DNA of 64,000 nucleotides, taken from positions 1-64,000 of IMG/VR virus record IMGVR_UViG_3300044680_000048; one strand, 5' to 3'. Below are positions 46,855 through 56,188 of the stretch, one piece after another (position 1 is the first letter of the stretch; every line of letters starts with the position of its first letter). A program made the position numbers and the translations under genes. Source of the stretch: a virus. The notes below the pieces were generated by a model. The model saw nothing but the letters and a program-made list of their open reading frames with translations. It was not told the DNA's origin and made no database searches.

Positions 46855-47862
46855 TTAGTTCAAAATAACGTATTCGGACAATTCCCCTCTAATCTGGTCA
46901 ATCAGGGGAGTATCCTTAAATGTAACTTTCCAAGAGCCATCTTGGAGGGAAGATATTCCGGCATTGTTCTCTAAGATTGCTGACATTAATCTGTAGAGAG
47001 CAGCCTGAACTGTTACTGGGATTTTATAGTTTCCGCCAACATAAGAAATCTTAATTTCATTACCAAAGCTAGAGGGCTCATACGAGTAATAAGCATTCTG
47101 GGAAGGTATGTATTGTAATTCTCCGGTTCTTCTAATATAGTTCCACATAACACTGGCGGAACCCCCTAAGAAAATACCAAAGAGGGAAAAGGTATAAGGG
47201 CGTTTAGCCCATACTCCATCAAACCAGAGGCCGGGAATAGATTCCCTAAGGAAGAATGACCGCTGCCAATAGCCCGCCTCTTCATGGACCCTACATGTCA
47301 TTACTATGCGGTTATTGAGCATTGATATAAGTCTTGAGGAAGCAATTTCAATCAAACTTATAATCTGAGTATTAGTTAGAGGGGTACCATTAACATCAGT
47401 TAAGACTAATCCATTAATAGGACCTTCATTTTGGGCTTCCGCTAACGTACATAAAAGAGGAGTTTCGGAAATCTTATAAAGGATTCCGGTTGAATCATTA
47501 ATGAGGGAAATCTCATAGTCACATTCACTAAAGAAGGTGAGGACATTCTCTGAGATGTTTACTCTCCAGAGGGCTAAACCCAACTGAGAGCTGAAGACGG
47601 GGAATCCATTAGGATCAATTGTACTGTTGCTAGTAAATTGCGGTTGCCCCGTAAATAAAAATCCATACTGCTGTAACTGTATAGTCAGCTGGGTTTGAGC
47701 GGCAAAAGCCACAGCGTTTTCGTTCATAGAAGTCACAATTCCAGTTACAGGTAAATTAAATAGAACTTGATTAAACGCAGCATCAATACTTTGAAATTGG
47801 ATTGAAAAACCACCAGAAGAGGCCGCACTTTGACAAATGCTAAGTGAAATTAATCTTTCCAA
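46855..47862 (-). CDS. virion structural protein (335 aa), first gene of the tail operon; start uncertain (TTG)
   Basis: ORF track; no in-frame ATG near the 5' end; AAGG directly abuts the TTG. Confidence 0.5.
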   Translation of the reverse strand: MERLISLSICQSAASSGGFSIQFQSIDAAFNQVLFNLPVTGIVTSMNENAVAFAAQTQLTIQLQQYGFLFTGQPQFTSNSTIDPNGFPVFSSQLGLALWRVNISENVLTFFSECDYEISLINDSTGILYKISETPLLCTLAEAQNEGPINGLVLTDVNGTPLTNTQIISLIEIASSRLISMLNNRIVMTCRVHEEAGYWQRSFFLRESIPGLWFDGVWAKRPYTFSLFGIFLGGSASVMWNYIRRTGELQYIPSQNAYYSYEPSSFGNEIKISYVGGNYKIPVTVQAALYRLMSAILENNAGISSLQDGSWKVTFKDTPLIDQIRGELSEYVILN

Positions 47863-48100
47863 CCTTGGTTTTCCTAAACATTGTAGTATACTATTGATTG
47901 TAGTCTAACAGGAGCTTAACAGAGATTGGTACAAGAAAGAGAAAATTTAATAGGAGTATGCTAAAACTGGTTCTTATACTGCCTCCTTAGAAGACGTTAA
48001 GAAACATATTCAAAAGCATGGTGGGAAAGTAGAAATTTACTGCTAATGGGTAGTACTCTTCCCATTAAGCCCCGTTTTAAGAGTTAATGGGTACACATTA

Positions 48101-48126
48101 ACAGAAAAACCTCCCTCAGGGGAGGC
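48101..48126 (-). terminator. minus-strand intrinsic terminator inside the ORF-free region
   Basis: Minus strand reads CCTCCC-CTGA-GGGAGG followed by TTTTTCTGT; no T-run on the plus strand. Confidence 0.6.
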
Positions 48127-48690
48127 TACTACTAATGTTATTTTAGTATCTGCGGCAGTCTTACGACTACCCACCACCAACTTTCGTCGATGGGGCCTAA
48201 GAGCAAGTCTTAGGGTGGATTTCCTTCTACGTTATTCCGGCTAGTTACTTAAAACTCTCCATCGGTATACCCCAAGGGACCAAGAATAACGGCTTATGAA
48301 GGAAGTTAAATGAAGAAGGGGTTCGAACCTTTAGTTTCCCTTAAAGAAACTCCTTAATCATTTAATTACTCTTCCGGCAAGATTTTACTTGCATCTTCCT
48401 CTGTACAATCGAGGGCTTTAATTAAGCGACGGAAGTTAGATTGTCTTCCACGGTGGTCACGATCATTACCTACCCTGAAGACTTTGTAGGTTATCAACCT
48501 ACAACTTAAAGTTGATTTCCGAAATAAGAACGTCATATCAACTTAATAGCTAGATATTTTAGTACTACTATTTAGCTATCTTGGGGGGAAGAAGTACGCA
48601 GAATTCTGTTCCCTCTTCCTTGTATATTTATTTTACCATACCTTTCCGGAAGTTACAATCTCAAAAGTGTTAAATTTTTAGGAGAAGAAG

Positions 48691-49071
48691 ATGAAACGAC
48701 CGGAAGGTTACTTTGGAAAACTACTAACAGTAGATTTTCTAGGTATAAGATCTGAACTCCTAGTAGATAAAGAGTTAATGGCTGAGGTTTCCCGTCAAGT
48801 TATTAGTCTTGCGGCAATGACCATAATACAAGGTCCAGACATTTTCTATTATGAGCACCCAACAGACCCATTAGAGAGTGGACTTACCGGATGTACTATC
48901 CTCTCAGAAAGTCACTTCACATTTCACTCGTTCCAGAGAAGCGGGTTCCTAACCCTAGATCTGTATAGCTGTTCAGATTTTATTCCGGAAACAATTATAA
49001 GTTACCTAAAGGGTGTATTTAACCCAACTTCAATGGAAACTAATGTTCACCTTAGAGGGAAGGGATACTAG
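48691..49071 (+). CDS. speD: S-adenosylmethionine decarboxylase proenzyme (small pyruvoyl type)
   Basis: ..GLTGCTILSESHFTFHSF...LTLDLYSCS.. aligns with the ..VISESHLTIHTWPE...IDLFTCG self-cleavage and active-site core. Confidence 0.8.
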   Translation: MKRPEGYFGKLLTVDFLGIRSELLVDKELMAEVSRQVISLAAMTIIQGPDIFYYEHPTDPLESGLTGCTILSESHFTFHSFQRSGFLTLDLYSCSDFIPETIISYLKGVFNPTSMETNVHLRGKGY

Positions 49072-49493
49072 GGTTTAATAACTCCTGCTTCTAGTTCGTC
49101 TCTTGTATATTCTATTTGTTCATCAATAAGTCCTGGGTCATAATAAGGTTCCGGAAAGTTAATTAATTTAACTGTTTGAGAATATGTATTGTAGATGCCT
49201 ACAGCTATTCCCGTAGGAATATGTAGAGTACCACCAGTAGCTAAAACGTACTCTTTGGGTCCTGGTATACCTGGTTTGAAGAGAGTTACCTTTGCTGTTC
49301 CTTCTACACAGACATAATTAGAAGCTCTAATCTTATGTAGGTGAAACCCCTTGAAACAGTAGGGCTTAACGGTAGTCAAATAGGCTACTGTATGCTCCCC
49401 GTCTTTCTTTAATTCCATTAACTCACCATTAGTGAGATAGCCGGAAGAGTAGGTAATAACCTGCTTAGCCCAGCCAAGTTTTCCAAATTCCAT
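49068..49493 (-). CDS. RmlC-like cupin (sugar epimerase/ketoisomerase-like)
   Basis: 141 aa; KGFHLHK...YVCVEGTAKVTLF...LHIPTGIAVG cupin motifs; by-eye call. Confidence 0.55.
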   Translation of the reverse strand: MEFGKLGWAKQVITYSSGYLTNGELMELKKDGEHTVAYLTTVKPYCFKGFHLHKIRASNYVCVEGTAKVTLFKPGIPGPKEYVLATGGTLHIPTGIAVGIYNTYSQTVKLINFPEPYYDPGLIDEQIEYTRDELEAGVIKP

Positions 49494-49495
49494 AA

Positions 49496-49762
49496 TTATC
49501 TAACCTCTTGAAGCATACGTGCTAGACGGGGATGGCAATAATAACCTTCCTTTTCTAGTAAAACTTTAACAGCAAGAAGGGCGTCATGTCCATTCATTAG
49601 ACGCTTATACTTCTCTAAAGGCATATATCTTACTTTACCCTTAATCTTGCCGGAAGTATTTCTTTTCTTGCTATTAAAGTTATTCCGGCACCTAATAGTG
49701 CAGTAGATATGAGCCGGATGTTTCATCTCAAACTGCCTTCCGCAATTGTCACAGATATCCAT
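49496..49762 (-). CDS. zinc-ribbon small protein (88 aa)
   Basis: CDNCGRQF...YCTIRC pattern. Confidence 0.55.
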   Translation of the reverse strand: MDICDNCGRQFEMKHPAHIYCTIRCRNNFNSKKRNTSGKIKGKVRYMPLEKYKRLMNGHDALLAVKVLLEKEGYYCHPRLARMLQEVR

Positions 49763-49774
49763 GAAAAATTCCTC

Positions 49775-50077
49775 CTAATTGTTACCTAACTTTTTTAACT
49801 TGAAGAACTTTATAATCCGTTTAAGTGTTTTTGGTATATCATAACCTTCGGTTATATCTTCCATATATGAAACAGTCTCTCTATAACCTATATGTAAGTC
49901 TATGTAAGCCTCATTATCAATTAAAGATATATCTGCCCGAAGGTTCTTCCGGACCCAGGAGAAATAAATACAGTTACTATCTACTATCTTAAAATAGTCC
50001 TTATTTAATTTGGGTTCCATTGACTCTAGCCAAACTTCTAGAGCCTTGGATCGATTTTCACATAAATTGGTTCTCAT
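49775..50077 (-). CDS. hypothetical protein (100 aa)
   Basis: ORF track. Confidence 0.55.
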   Translation of the reverse strand: MRTNLCENRSKALEVWLESMEPKLNKDYFKIVDSNCIYFSWVRKNLRADISLIDNEAYIDLHIGYRETVSYMEDITEGYDIPKTLKRIIKFFKLKKLGNN

Positions 50078-50193
50078 ACATTTAATACCATGCTTAGTTC
50101 AAGAAGAAGAAGTCCACGTTCTAGGGGGTCTTTCTCTTCCAGAAACCTTTTAAGAATTTGAGAAGCTAACCTCACCACATCACCGCTTTCCAT
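50074..50193 (-). CDS. hypothetical small protein (39 aa)
   Basis: ATGA coupling to the 49775..50077 gene; below track cutoff. Confidence 0.35.
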   Translation of the reverse strand: MESGDVVRLASQILKRFLEEKDPLERGLLLLELSMVLNV

Positions 50194-50315
50194 AGATGAA
50201 CTCCTGTTGGTTTACAGAAATCAATATACAACAACCGGAATCTATTGTCAATACAGAAAAACCTCCCATTTCTGGTAGGTCTTTAAGTTCATAATCGAGA
50301 CAGTAATATTTTAAC

Positions 50316-50834
50316 TTACTTGACTTTTGGTTCTTTGACAGAAGTGTTAAGTTTTTCTTCCTTTTTCAAATCAAGAGCAGTCTTACGGGTCTTAAGCTTA
50401 GCTTTTTCGGTCAATTCGACTTCCATCTCTTTGAGGATATCTCTTGGGGAAGTTTTATCCAACATAGAGGTATAGAGATTCATATACTTCTGATTCTTAA
50501 CTGAAATGGGGTCTGAATTGAAGACACCGGAACGGTAATGGCAAGAACGCATTACTCTCTTGGCAAACTCCTTATCATTAGTATCAATAATCCCGTCTTC
50601 ACTTTCCGCTACCCAAGAAGCCACAAGATGCTCTTCTGTATGAAGATGTTCTGGAATGATAGGTTGGCCGGTAGCCGTAGCCCCTAGCTTATTCTTCTTA
50701 CTAAGGATTTCTTGATATTCTTCACAGAGAGTGGGATCAAAGAATTGAGCTTCTCCGGAAATCTGCCCATCAAGGTCAATTTTTGCGCCGTCTTTAGCCG
50801 GTCTAACAGCTAGTCGATAAAATGAAAGCTTCAT
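50316..50834 (-). CDS. hypothetical protein (172 aa)
   Basis: ORF track; divergent promoter region 50835-50899. Confidence 0.65.
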   Translation of the reverse strand: MKLSFYRLAVRPAKDGAKIDLDGQISGEAQFFDPTLCEEYQEILSKKNKLGATATGQPIIPEHLHTEEHLVASWVAESEDGIIDTNDKEFAKRVMRSCHYRSGVFNSDPISVKNQKYMNLYTSMLDKTSPRDILKEMEVELTEKAKLKTRKTALDLKKEEKLNTSVKEPKVK

Positions 50835-50899
50835 TTAATATTCAAATTCCTATATAGGTGGTATACTATGTATGTTAGAAGCTAGTGGGTCAATAAGAA

Positions 50900-51220
50900 A
50901 TGGATGATAAATTTAAGCTTAAAAGAACTGGAACACCCTTATCCGAAATTTGGAGCATTTACTCTGGACCCACAGGTAGAAGCGACTACCTATTAAAAGA
51001 ATTAGAGGGTTTAGGATTTGATTCTGTGGAGAGGCTTTATAGTAGTATTATAGGGTCTCCCGAAGCTTTTCAAGTGTTTTTTAAAGTTCATGGGGAAAAC
51101 CTAAGTACCCTTATAGGGATACTTGAAGCGTATCTTCCCGTTTCTTTTATTAAAGAGGTTAAGGAGTATATAGCTCCTGAATATGGTATGGGTCTAGTCT
51201 TGCCGGAAGACTTTGGATAG
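50900..51220 (+). CDS. hypothetical protein (106 aa)
   Basis: ORF track; TTCAAA-17-TACTAT promoter-like sequence upstream. Confidence 0.6.
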   Translation: MDDKFKLKRTGTPLSEIWSIYSGPTGRSDYLLKELEGLGFDSVERLYSSIIGSPEAFQVFFKVHGENLSTLIGILEAYLPVSFIKEVKEYIAPEYGMGLVLPEDFG

Positions 51221-51555
51221 TGGGACAGCGGGGAGAATATGAAGACCTTATGGGAAAGACTTTTACTGATCTATATGTAGAGGGTCCGGCAGACTCTAGA
51301 TGGGAATCCGGAAAGGTTAAATACTACTGGACAGTAAGATGTTCCTGTGGTACTATTTTTGAGGCTAGGGGGTCAGCACTTAAGCACGGTTCCCCCCAAT
51401 CTTGTTTTCCCTGTGGAAGAAAGAGAGCCGGAAGAACTAATCACATCAGAAAATCTAAAATTATGCAGTGTATTAGAGAAACTGTTAAGGACATGTATGA
51501 TGCTGGAGTTATGTCAGAAGAAGAATTTACAAACTTTAAGGATATATTTGTATGA
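51220..51555 (+). CDS. zinc-ribbon protein (111 aa), GTG start
   Basis: CSCG...CFPCG pattern; TAGTG overlap. Confidence 0.55.
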   Translation: MGQRGEYEDLMGKTFTDLYVEGPADSRWESGKVKYYWTVRCSCGTIFEARGSALKHGSPQSCFPCGRKRAGRTNHIRKSKIMQCIRETVKDMYDAGVMSEEEFTNFKDIFV

Positions 51556-51767
51556 AGATTGAAAGATACGAGAACTATTATGGAGAGCAAGAGCTAACTT
51601 TCTGGTTTGGTAATAATTATTTCATGTTTGACTCCAAGGGTAACTTTGAATTCTTAGCTGCAGGTTATGGTAGTGGTTATGAAGTTGTTCCAGATATAAC
51701 TAAACGGGACACACTTAGCAAAGAAGAACGGGAAATCCTTATTAAATTCCTTCAGGAGATTGAATGA
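51552..51767 (+). CDS. hypothetical protein (71 aa)
   Basis: ATGA coupling. Confidence 0.55.
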   Translation: MKIERYENYYGEQELTFWFGNNYFMFDSKGNFEFLAAGYGSGYEVVPDITKRDTLSKEEREILIKFLQEIE

Positions 51768-52246
51768 AAGGACAGAAGCAAGTATTCTCTAGTACATATC
51801 AAAATTGGGAGACTCCTAAACCTTTATTTAATAGGTTACATGAAAGATTTAATTTTACTATAGATCTTGCCGCAAGCCCTGATAACCATCTATTACCTAG
51901 ATTCTATACAGAAGAAGATAATTCCCTAATTCAATCTTGGGTAGATGAACGGGGGTTCACTAACCCTCCTTATAATATAGCTCCAGAATTCATTGAAAAG
52001 TCCTATATGGAAGTAGCTTATGGGTGTATGGAGTTGAATCTTTTATTGGTTCCGGCAAGAACTAGTAACAAAGAGTGGGAAGAATTTGTATTCCCTCATG
52101 CGGAGGAGTTGATTTTTATCAATGGACGTGTTAAGTTTGGTAATAGTCCAACCGGTGCTCCTTTTCCTTCTGTTTGTATACTCTTCCGGGAAGACAATTG
52201 CGGGAAAGGTCCTAAAGTCAGTTGGATATCAGTAAGAGGTGAATAA
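51764..52246 (+). CDS. dam: phage-type DNA N6-adenine methyltransferase
   Basis: ..YQNWETPKPLF..FNFTIDLAAS..N.....YTEEDNSL...W....FTNPPY (NPPY catalytic motif); ATGA coupling. Confidence 0.82.
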   Translation: MKGQKQVFSSTYQNWETPKPLFNRLHERFNFTIDLAASPDNHLLPRFYTEEDNSLIQSWVDERGFTNPPYNIAPEFIEKSYMEVAYGCMELNLLLVPARTSNKEWEEFVFPHAEELIFINGRVKFGNSPTGAPFPSVCILFREDNCGKGPKVSWISVRGE

Positions 52247-52317
52247 TGGGGATAGATAGAAGCGCGGCAGTCTGTTTTGGGGCAAAGATTCCCTATAAAC
52301 TTATGCAGGAAAGTTAG

Positions 52318-52578
52318 ATGAAACGGGAAGATTTTAAAATTGGAGAACAGTTTTATACAGGTTCCGGAAGATGGATATGTACAGATAAAGGTACTAAGAA
52401 TATACTAGCAATAAAGACGGAAGACCATTCCGGCAAGGCTCTTTTAAGTAATCAAGACTGGGAATGGATTAAGGGGAAACATGAAGACATGCTTCATGTT
52501 TCAATCTTCCATATTAATGATTGGGATGGATGTTCCTTAAAGAATGATTGGGCTAATAGAGTAAGGCGGGAAAGATGA
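52318..52578 (+). CDS. hypothetical protein (86 aa)
   Basis: ORF track; AGGAAAG upstream. Confidence 0.55.
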   Translation: MKREDFKIGEQFYTGSGRWICTDKGTKNILAIKTEDHSGKALLSNQDWEWIKGKHEDMLHVSIFHINDWDGCSLKNDWANRVRRER

Positions 52579-52702
52579 TTGAAATTAAAATTCCTTTTTG
52601 ATATAGGGCAAGATGTCTACCCTATTAGATTATTTGATTACGAAATCATAACCTGCCCCAATTAAACATGATGAGAGTCCTAAAAGAGAAATAACCTAAA
52701 GG

Positions 52703-52730
52703 AAAGCCTCCCAATTGGGAGGCTTTTTAT
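52703..52730. terminator. bidirectional intrinsic terminator between convergent operons
   Basis: AAAGCCTCCC-AATT-GGGAGGCTTT with T-runs on both strands. Confidence 0.85.
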
Positions 52731-52760
52731 TGGTCTTATTTGGTAACTAACAGAACACGC

Positions 52761-53954
52761 CTAAGAATGCCCTGTGAGCAAACAGCGGCTCTGAGCAAGG
52801 GGGTCACATAACGATATTAAATCGAACAGAACACTCAAGTGATAGAGGTTAGTTACTGGCCTTTCCACTAAAAAACTTCCAGGCTTGCCTTGCATATGGA
52901 ACTTAGCCAGTTGAGGAAGCGAAGCACGGAAGAACATAGTAGTTCCGGTAGGCATCTGCATATCTCTGATGAAGGGGATAGCAAGTCCGTTATTGTCTTC
53001 GTAGATCATTTGGATATCGCCAGGCTCAAGTCCTAGTCCGGCAAGTCTCTTTACGAGTACTTCGTCATAGCCCATTTTTGCCAGCGGCTCATTGCCGGGG
53101 TAGCGGTTGATCATCAAGTTACGGATAACAGGGATCTGGGTGTTATTGGTTAAAGCAACAACATCATTTAGAGCGTCAAAACCGAAGAAGGCAGCTAACT
53201 GTGTGATAGCTTGAGCAATCAAAGCATCAGTGAGGTTTCCCCCGCCTACTGCAATTGGTCCTACGGTTGATCTCGTTACCATACCACCAAGAGATGGGAT
53301 ATTAGGGAGAGCTTCATCGGTATTTTCCAGAGCACTCAAGAGCAGAGGGTTCATGGTCCGTTCCATACGGATCATTGCTTTCTGGATTTGTGCTTGGAGT
53401 TCATTCCGGCGGTAAGGTGATTGAGCAGCAAGTTCTTCCGCCATAAAAGAAACGTTAATCTGTTGACCGATAGCCATCAGGGTATTAGTTCTTTCCGACA
53501 AGACTGACTGTTGAACTGCTGGGAGATTACCTTCTACGTTGAAAGCTGACAATTGGTCATTACCAATGGTTTCTTCCGGAATCCGGATCTGATAATCAGT
53601 TGCCGGGAAAGAAGGTTTCTTTTTCAGGATGTTAAGGAATTTGGCTTCCGTATTAACAATCTGAGCAATATAAGGATAGAGACTTACGATTCTTACTGGA
53701 CCAAGGTCTACTCCGGTAACGTCTTTATTAACTACCATAGTAGAGAATGCGTCCGAGGAGTCGGTATTCATTCTTACCGGCATATTCTTTAGAAGACGGC
53801 TAACCTTTTCACGGGTTTGGCTATCTTTGCACTCTTGGTACAAGATAACATCGATAGGTTGCGGATCAGCTTTCTGAATCGGAACCAGAGCTTGGTTCCC
53901 CGCACTCTTGTTTTGAAGATTAGATACCAGATCTTCTGCGCCAAATTGAGACAT
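52761..53954 (-). CDS. major capsid protein candidate (397 aa)
   Basis: Strong AAGGAG RBS; directly downstream of the protease/scaffold gene; higher GC/codon bias typical of a highly expressed gene; positional inference. Confidence 0.65.
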   Translation of the reverse strand: MSQFGAEDLVSNLQNKSAGNQALVPIQKADPQPIDVILYQECKDSQTREKVSRLLKNMPVRMNTDSSDAFSTMVVNKDVTGVDLGPVRIVSLYPYIAQIVNTEAKFLNILKKKPSFPATDYQIRIPEETIGNDQLSAFNVEGNLPAVQQSVLSERTNTLMAIGQQINVSFMAEELAAQSPYRRNELQAQIQKAMIRMERTMNPLLLSALENTDEALPNIPSLGGMVTRSTVGPIAVGGGNLTDALIAQAITQLAAFFGFDALNDVVALTNNTQIPVIRNLMINRYPGNEPLAKMGYDEVLVKRLAGLGLEPGDIQMIYEDNNGLAIPFIRDMQMPTGTTMFFRASLPQLAKFHMQGKPGSFLVERPVTNLYHLSVLFDLISLCDPLAQSRCLLTGHS

Positions 53955-53964
53955 TAATAACTCC

Positions 53965-56139
53965 TTACTGTTGGGCCCAATTGGCCATGATGAAACTGTC
54001 TAGTGTGTTTGCCGGTTGAGTAGCTTTATTTACTTCAACAGCTTTGTTCTGGATCTCAAGAACTTTTTCTACAAGTTCTTCCGCACTGGTGGAAGCAGCG
54101 GCTTCTACAGCCTTACTAATTGATTCGACCATTTTGGCAAGCTCCCCAATCAGTTTTGATTGATCAGCCTGGATTGATTTCTGTGCTTCTACAGCAGCGA
54201 CAAGCTTGTTGACTTTTTCAACAGCTTCCTTGTTAGAAGCAACAAGAGACTTTATTGTTAGGTTGGTTTCCGGAGAGAGTGAAGCTTCTACAGATTTACC
54301 AAGCTTTACGGAAGTCGGATCTTTATCTTCCGATTTTCCTAGTTTGACGGAAGTAGGGTCACTATCTTCGTTAGTAATTTTCTTAGTGTCGTTATCACCG
54401 TCGCGGTCTTCACCGCCAACACCCTCATCACCATCAGGTTCTTTGTGGGCCTTAACACACTCATCATCTTCTTCAGACTTCATGCACTCATCTTCTTCAG
54501 CAGAAGCTTTAGTGGAAACATCTTCGTACTTAGAAGGATCAGCATCACCGGAACCCGGATTTAGCTTAACCGCATCTTTTTCTTCTTTTGCCACTGATTT
54601 ACTATCCTGTATAGTGTTAACGTTAATTATTGTAGCGGAGGATTTATTTTGTGTTAAATTATCTCTCAAAGAAGAGGCATGAACATTTAGAAGTGTCCCA
54701 AAAGCCTCATAAGAATTAACTGCCCCTTCTGGCAATTCCATATTATGTGTCCAGATGGTAGGGCGTTCAGCAGATTTAGCAGCTTCAAGACGATGATGAC
54801 CATCAATCATATAGATATCTCCATTGCGGGAGATAGTCATTCCACCATCAAAATTTCCTTCTTTAACAAATTGTGCAACTTTTTCTGCGTCTACGGCAGA
54901 CTGAGTTGGTTTAACTTGTTCCGGACGAACCTGAACAAGGGGAAGACCCTTATATAATCCTGGATTACTAATCAATGCCTTAACAACAGAAAACTCAAAT
55001 TCACTTTTAAGAAAGTCTGGATACAGGGTTTTATTGATGGATTCTGTTAAAGATTTCTGTTCAGGAGGTCCGGAAGAATCTATTTCTCTTTTCCAAGCAG
55101 CCTTAATCTTAGATTTTATATGAGAAAGTTCTTCAGAGGAGTACTCTGAAGAATTCCTTTCTTGATGAATGTAATTCCAAGCTGCTCTGATGTGCTCTTC
55201 TGTATCTATAGGATAACGAGGTTTTTTATCTTCCTGGTAACCAGGATCTGCGTATTCTACATCCCCATAAGGTTTTTTCGCTTTCATCATTGCTGCTTCA
55301 GGAGCATTATCACACTCATGAGCATTATCTTCCGGTTCATCTCTATAGGCTTCTGGATCAGTAACTCCACCACCATTAGGGGGAGAAATAGTAGCTTTAT
55401 CCTCAAGGGCTTTTTGTTGAAGAGATTTGATTGCGGTTTTCATTCGAGCGGGAACATTTACAACCGATCTTTCTAGGTAGCGGGCAACTTTATTAATAGT
55501 TACTGAAACAGGTTTGCCGGATTCATCCACCTGTCCCGGTTCATGTGGGCAGGCATAAGAATAAATAGACATGTTACAGGAACTACAAACTTTATGGTTG
55601 GGGTCTACTAAAATACCTACAGAAATAGAACGAACAGTACCGTTTTTTATTCCTTTTATAAGAGGAGCATGGTAATCCTCAAGAGGAATGCCCCATGTTT
55701 CTCTAGGACCTTCTTTAGTCATCCTAGAAGAAAGGCAGATACCTAATGGAGGGAGATTATTAAGATTATGTGAATGATCCATGAGGACGGGAGTAGCTGG
55801 TCCACCGTCTACTATGTCCTGTTCAGCATCTTTGGAGAACTTATCTCCTTGTACATCAACCTCATTTCCAAGGCCTAGAACGTTAATATTACGTAAAACC
55901 ATCCACTGGTGGGCTTCTTGGGGCACAACAGAAAATTCATTAATGAGTTTCATTTCTTCCATAGAAGGAGATAAACTTTGATTCTCCTCTACCATTGTCT
56001 TAGCAGCTTTAAGAGTTCCGGTACTTCCCATACTCTTATACATAACTAAGCCGGTCTCTTCTTCAGGTTCCGGCAAAGACTTCTTGATAGAAACTGCTCT
56101 TACTTCTTCCGGAAGGACTTTTTTAAATTCTTCTACCAC
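53965..56139 (-). CDS. prohead protease (HK97/S78-like) - ParB/Srx-like domain - acidic linker - coiled-coil scaffold fusion (724 aa); GTG start uncertain
   Basis: Protease block ..PVLMDHSHN..PPLG...GTVRSISVG; YADPGYQ..KPRYPIDT..HIRAA motif; ParB-like ..VRPEQVKPTQ...IDGHHRLEAAK (about 54740-54950); Asp/Glu-rich linker; helical C-terminus. Confidence 0.72.
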   Translation of the reverse strand: MVEEFKKVLPEEVRAVSIKKSLPEPEEETGLVMYKSMGSTGTLKAAKTMVEENQSLSPSMEEMKLINEFSVVPQEAHQWMVLRNINVLGLGNEVDVQGDKFSKDAEQDIVDGGPATPVLMDHSHNLNNLPPLGICLSSRMTKEGPRETWGIPLEDYHAPLIKGIKNGTVRSISVGILVDPNHKVCSSCNMSIYSYACPHEPGQVDESGKPVSVTINKVARYLERSVVNVPARMKTAIKSLQQKALEDKATISPPNGGGVTDPEAYRDEPEDNAHECDNAPEAAMMKAKKPYGDVEYADPGYQEDKKPRYPIDTEEHIRAAWNYIHQERNSSEYSSEELSHIKSKIKAAWKREIDSSGPPEQKSLTESINKTLYPDFLKSEFEFSVVKALISNPGLYKGLPLVQVRPEQVKPTQSAVDAEKVAQFVKEGNFDGGMTISRNGDIYMIDGHHRLEAAKSAERPTIWTHNMELPEGAVNSYEAFGTLLNVHASSLRDNLTQNKSSATIINVNTIQDSKSVAKEEKDAVKLNPGSGDADPSKYEDVSTKASAEEDECMKSEEDDECVKAHKEPDGDEGVGGEDRDGDNDTKKITNEDSDPTSVKLGKSEDKDPTSVKLGKSVEASLSPETNLTIKSLVASNKEAVEKVNKLVAAVEAQKSIQADQSKLIGELAKMVESISKAVEAAASTSAEELVEKVLEIQNKAVEVNKATQPANTLDSFIMANWAQQ

Positions 56140-56188
56140 TAAATTTGCCTATTATAAAGATAACAGTCTAAATTTTAGCTGTTACTTC

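Noticed and set aside
48310-48340. T-loop-like GGGGTTCGAACC suggesting a tRNA or tmRNA
   Set aside because: No acceptor, anticodon or D arms could be folded around it on either strand. The candidate T stem needs three G-U pairs or a non-canonical loop.
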